A DNA stretch of 64,000 nucleotides, taken from positions 124,001 through 188,000 of the forward strand of contig NIVC01000215.1 of NCBI GenBank assembly GCA_002269645.1, in the 5' to 3' direction. The DNA is from Macrostomum lignano (Eukaryota). The notes beneath the pieces were generated by a model. It had not been told where the DNA came from. It saw only the letters and a list, made by a program, of their open reading frames with translations, and did not search any database. A program made the position numbers and the translations under genes. Positions 55,991 to 64,000 of this stretch are shown here, piece by piece (the stretch's first letter is position 1; each line of letters begins with the position of its first letter).

Positions 55991-58900
55991 TTAGTAGGCA
56001 ACCTCGTACGTGTCGTGACAGCGAATAGCTTGCTGACATTTAGTCAGCAGCAGATTGTGGTTCCGCTGCAGACGCTTCAGAATTCGACTCTTATCTTCTG
56101 CGTTGCTTGTCGAATACGCGCTCAAGCCTTCCAAAAAATGATTGCGCAGAACTTCGTCGGGACTGCCTTCCAGGTTGTCAAGCGGACAACGTTTCTCGGG
56201 CTCTAACTTCTGCGGCACGGGGCAAAAGTGCCAGTGACGATTAAACAGTTTCGTTAGGTATTGCGCGTAGCAACGGACTTCCGTGTCCGAAGGTGGACTG
56301 TCTTTGGGAAACTCGCGGTCCCACATCATCACGGCGATTGCCTTTAGACTTCGGTTTCGCTTTTCCTCCCATTCTTCAAGTGGATCTGGGCACGATTACG
56401 GATTATATTAAGAAGTGATTACTACAATCTGTTTTGAAGAGTTGAAGGTTCGTTTGCACCATCAAACAAGTAAACAAATCACATCCTTGATCTATAACAC
56501 AACAAAGACGCATACAACCCTTGCGATCAACCCTATTCTATCATATATACATACAATACTATTTAATGGTGTGAACAAGCCTCTAGGATGAAAGGTCAAT
56601 ACAAAGACCTAAACGCTTGACTCAGTTGTAATAAGAAGCTAACTATAACATATATTATCATTAATGATGATATCATGCCTTGTTTTTATAAAGATAAAAA
56701 CAAGAGTGTCGTTTTACTCATCGGTTACTTGTATTTTTCAAGTGTGAGATTTCAGATAAATAATAAATTAATCATCAATAATCACATTTTTTACCTACAA
56801 TTTTGCCCCAATAAAATTTTGAAATCTTACCAAAAAGAGAATCGGCCAGCAACGATGAGTCCGGATGGTGTTCATTTGAGGCTGGTTGCATTGCGCAATA
56901 CGGCACGTCTCGCTTTACGGCGGTCTGCATTTAGCAATTGTAATTTCCTTTGTTAGCTTTAGAAACGGTTAAAGACCCCAAAAACACTATAAAATATAAT
57001 ATACACTGAAAGTGCCTAGCGTATTACTTGACCCTAATGGGCCTGAATAATTGGTTCTATTAAAACCTGTGCAAAAACTCCGGGTTTGTATTTCCGCAAG
57101 CGGAATCAAACCTACGGCCTTTCGAGTAGAATTCGACGCATATCACGTCTATTTCAATTTTTATATTTACCATTTATCAATAAATTGAACAGACAATTGT
57201 GTACACTATTGACTCTATAAATTTAAAGCGAAATTTATGTGATATACTCGTAGCTTGGTGAAAATAAAACTAAATATTCAGTAAAAAATGAAAACGTCAA
57301 CAAATAAAAATAAAAGCACACAGGAAGCTTTACCTGAATTTTTTTGAAAAGATGCGTCCACTGGTCCGTCTCTGAGAGAAAGCGGTACTTTTTATCAGCA
57401 GACATCGATAACTGCTTGAAATAGGCCTTTCCATCGCGAATGACTTCAAGACACTTCCACACCCACGGGCTGGGGCCGGAATCTTTCGCAACCAGACGTG
57501 TTTCAATATTAGAACACTTCTCAAGACAACTGAGGCATCTCGACTCCTGATCTTCCAACTGAACTTGATGGCAGTAGAGCAAGCTCAAAATGGCATAGCA
57601 ACGGACAGTTCTAGCGTCGTCTCCATACAACTGTTCAAAAATCCTGGCAGCCTTTCTAAGTTTTAAAATGGCTGCATTAAAATTACTGTAATGTGGCTTA
57701 AATGGGTCCATGTAAGCTTGCCTCATAAGTTCTATGCCAGCTTCAAAATGCACTTGAGCGTGGAGTTCTGTATCGAATAGATCAGTCTGATGGCACATGT
57801 CATATGCGCGCTGTAGACTTTTAAGCTTTTCTCGCGTATTGCTAACTGTTAAAATGACTTCCAAGTCTTGAAATTTGCCCAGAGTTCTAAGACCAGCTTT
57901 GTTCATTGGCAAGCGCTTCATGTATCGGCTAAGAGAAGGCATGTTAATTGCCGTTGAGTGTAAATAGTGAAGCAAATCTTCAGCTGTTGTCTCTTCTGCT
58001 TTGGGCGTCTTTTGTCCCAGGTCGTCGGCGTCTTTAAGAAAATCAACGACTGCGAACACTAGCTGAGGATCATTCTTGTACCTGTCATCGAAAGCAAGGA
58101 AGTCGTTTAAATTAAAGAACGCATCAGCCATATAGCGAGACAAAAATGAAAACGCTGGCTTCTCGTTATCTTCGAGGCTTAACTTCAAACTTTGAAAAAT
58201 GCGCTTCGCGCGCCCAATTGTATTGCGAGAATATGTCCACTTCACCTTCGCCTTGCTTCTCTTATCGGCAATTTTCTGACTAACAAGCACAGCGACCTGT
58301 GAAATACTTGTAAGATTGCGATCATGAGGGAAATCGATCATTCTTTTCACCTTCGATGCTGATTCCTTCTGACTAAGGACCGAAGCCTCACCAAGAATTA
58401 GCATACCCTTGTTAATTAGCCAAAAGGAAACAAGAAATGACAATTCCTTGTGATTAAATAGACGCTGCCCATTCAGTCTGCTGGCATCTAGATCAACCGT
58501 GGAATCCAGATCAATGCCAAAAATATTTCGTATCAGCCGAGTAGATTTCTTATGCCTGCTTTCAGCCTTATTCAAATACTGCGACTGCCTGTGATGACGA
58601 CAAATGAAAAGGTTGCAGAGAATTTGAGTTGCGATTTCGGTGTCCTTTGAGCACAACTTTAGGAGCTTCTTGAAGTGGGCCAAGCTAGCTTGTCTATGGG
58701 CATCCAAATAGCGCCTGGATTTATCAATGATGATAAAAATGTCACTCGTATCATTTAGCTCGATGTCAAGTCCGGAGCTTGGTTCCGTAATCTTACTCGA
58801 TTCACCTGTATTCGGGTTCGATTCTGCTTTACGATTTTCCTGCTGTACGGCAGTAGCGCTTCGTCGTGCACTAAAAAGTGCTTCCTGTAATTATAAATAT

Positions 58901-60225
58901 GAGATTTTCGTTACAAGATCATAGAAACCAGCAACTTAAGCAATTAATGTTAACGTAAGAGCATTTAATAAAAAACTCACAGCTCTAATGAACAGCTCTG
59001 TACAAATCGATGTGGCCGGTTTCATGGAGACACTGGTACGTAACATTTGATACAAAAATGTCGCCGTCAGTGTGCGAGTCTCATGCTTGCTCTCAAAATC
59101 CAGAGCTTCTTTAAAACTGTCCAAAACTTCTTTTGTAAAATCAGCAGCCTCGTTTGCAGAAACAACAGCCAGCATTGTCAGAGCAGATGCCGTCAATGGA
59201 GCATCTGGGTGACGCTCCCTCAGTACAGAAGCGCTTTGTTTTAGAAGTTTAATAGAAGTTTGGTATTTTTTCTTCAGGTGAGATGCACTAAAATGATTGT
59301 TTGCATTGCTTCCATTTAGCGAGCTTTTGATAGGACTTGTCTCTTCAAAATGGCTTACGCCATCGACGTAGTTAGCGTAGGCCTCCAAAAAGCTTAAATC
59401 TTTTACAGAAGATTTAATCAGTTTTCGTGCTTGCTCAACTAGGGCTCGGCACTTCGTTAAATTGCGCAATTCTAAGAAGCAAGCCGCCATGTTAAGAATA
59501 GCAACAACTGACTGCTCGCTAGGTATAATCTCTGTGTCCATTCGACGAGTCAAACCCTTTTTCTGAATATTTCGCTCGATCATGCCTTCAAAGTACTGAA
59601 AAGACTTTACAAGGAAGTGATATTCGAATATATCCTTTCTAACGGCACAGTTGAACATGAGCCTGGCCATAGTAATTCTCATGCAATTAGAAAGGCGAGT
59701 ATCGGATAAGTCTTGACTTCTCAAATACTGGCCGGCTAGCCAGTGAGCCAGCTTGCTCCAGGAGATGCAATCCCAACTAGAGGAATTGTCCTGCAACAGT
59801 GCAATGTTTCCTTTACCTGCAACATACAATGTAGTGAGAAACAAAAGCGAGTTTTCGTATCCAATCATATCGCCCTTCATTTGCTGATAATCAATTTTTT
59901 TACAGGGAAGATAACGAGAAAACAGCTTTTCCTTGTATTCTTGATAGCCCAGCGATCTGTCGGAAACATCGTTGCCATAAATGGCCCGCTGCAATTCATC
60001 TAAGGCCTTCTCTCCGACAAGCTCCTCGAAAAAGCTTAGAATATTATTAGACTCGGTGAACTGTTCGTGAATCTGGTACTGGTTGTTTAGCAGAACTAGA
60101 GCGAAGCCTTGCGCGAGAGCATCGGAATTCTTCGCTACAGAAGTTTTCCAACGTGCATGCCAGTAATCGATCAGCTTTTGACTGGGAAAAATGCTGATAA
60201 ATGTGTCGAGCGAGCCAGGATTCAT
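55991..60225 (-). CDS. TPR-like alpha-helical repeat protein, paralog B (~1,094 aa), intact 4-exon model
   Basis: Exons 60225-58981, 58884-57334, 56924-56831, 56385-55991; GT-AG introns with phases 0,0,1 give one open frame. Colinear with paralog A (MARLMFNCAVRK...SFQYFE versus MSRLMFNCAMKK...AFQYFE). Confidence 0.85.
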
Positions 60226-61549
60226 TGCTGGCTTACTTTGGAAATTGTAGCTTCAATTAGTTACTTGCAACGACGAACAAGTGTTTCTGAATGCGGAACT
60301 GAAATGAAAAAGAAGTTCTAATTTTTATACTAATGCTAATCTATTTAACGCGAAAATTTACGAAGAGACTTGTATAATTTATAAAATTTGCAATGTTTTG
60401 GTAGTATTACATTCATAACCTAAAAAGTGCTAATGATATTTAAAAAACCTTAAAAGGAATCGGGAAAATATATAATTGTATTTATATTAATTGGTATAGC
60501 ATATTTAGGTATTAATATAGTCTTAACACCGAAAGCACTCACACTAAGAAAAATCGTGACAAAAGATGTACAACTTCTTCGTTTAAGACGAAAATTTATT
60601 TTTTAAAGCTTAAAACGGAAGAACATATTAGCTGCATACAAAAAGGCACATCAGCTGATGATTTGAAGAGCAAGCTTTTAAACGGTAAAAACCGATTAGA
60701 GATTAGTTAAAAATATAACAACCGTTTAAGTGACAACAAAAATGGAAAAAATTCTATAAGTTTGGAATACATGCCACTAAATAAATGATTTAAGCTTATA
60801 TTTTTTTCAACATTTATTGCTTATAACAATATTTACTATAGATACAATTCCTCCATCTCACTTTGTCAGTTAGGAGCAATAAGAAACAGAAAAACTCGTA
60901 AGAGTATAACCCTTCTAAATCTGATTCCTAAGTACACCAGGACTTCTGTTTAAAATAACTCGTATTTAAAACAGCATTTATTACTCAAACCAAGTTTTCA
61001 GTAATTAAAAATTTAGTGCATATACCTTCTACTTTAGATATAAATGTTTGATTTTATTCTAGGTCCAGTAACGAAACCTCACAAAAATCAAAGAATATAT
61101 GAGAATCGCTAGAAAAGGAACCTAATAAAATGAGTTTCATTTAAATATCTTTGCGATCAAAATTCGGGAAAAGCAAATATTACAAAAGTGGTAATAGAAA
61201 ACTTTTTTGAATTTTGAATGATTTTACGACAAAAGTTCAACTCAAATAAAACTAAAATGTAAAACAGTATCAAAATAACAGCAGAGGGATCACAGCTGGC
61301 TCAAAAAAGTGTAAATGAGTCGATAAAGTTGGGGGCTTCAGTTTTTTTTGGCTAAACAATATAAATTCAATATACACAAAAAGATGCGTGGTTTTTATAC
61401 AAATTGATTTATTCGGACATCGGGGCTAGATTTAATTTACTATCACAAAGAAACTCTTGAATCTTTGCGCAGCACAGCATCCGCCTGTGATTCTCTTGCA
61501 GCATTAGAAACGTAGCCTCCCTTTTCTCTGTCCGTTGAACCGTGTACTC

Positions 61550-64000
<2,451 letters not shown>

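Noticed and set aside
57070-57150. tRNA or tRNA-derived SINE (B-box-like GGTTTGATTCC on - strand)
   Set aside because: No convincing A-box or cloverleaf; at most a decayed remnant.

Overview
Eukaryotic (animal) genomic DNA with spliced genes, minisatellite-filled introns, dense nested transposons and one 506-N gap (30918-31423). GC-rich exons in minisatellite-laden introns suggest a flatworm such as Macrostomum; this is inference only. Host genes: a TTLL-family tubulin ligase (-, runs off the left edge), PGM2 (-, 6 exons, one apparent 1-nt frameshift), CCDC77 (+), and two tandem paralogous ~1,000-1,100-aa TPR-like proteins of unknown function (-). Mobile DNA: a 2.6-kb non-autonomous EnSpm/CACTA-type element, an internally deleted Ty3/Gypsy LTR element with an extra 3' ORF region, a decayed Polinton/adintovirus-like segment (PLA2 + integrase), two foldback MULE-like elements with 9-bp TSDs, a 16.4-kb EnSpm/CACTA-type element, two related MITEs, and an R1/LOA-type LINE. 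Best leads: (1) the 16.4-kb TA-flanked element sits in intron 2 of one TPR-like paralog and carries a nested TIR element loaded with a higher-order satellite; (2) LTR-versus-LTR comparison shows TA->TA-GG(G)CC-TA micro-insertions, a motif that is abundant locally and looks like transposon excision footprints; (3) a Polinton-like terminus folded into a ~290-bp palindromic cassette; (4) dyad symmetry in most minisatellite monomers. No CRISPR, rRNA or intact tRNA gene is supported. All alignments, splice sites and counts were done by eye.
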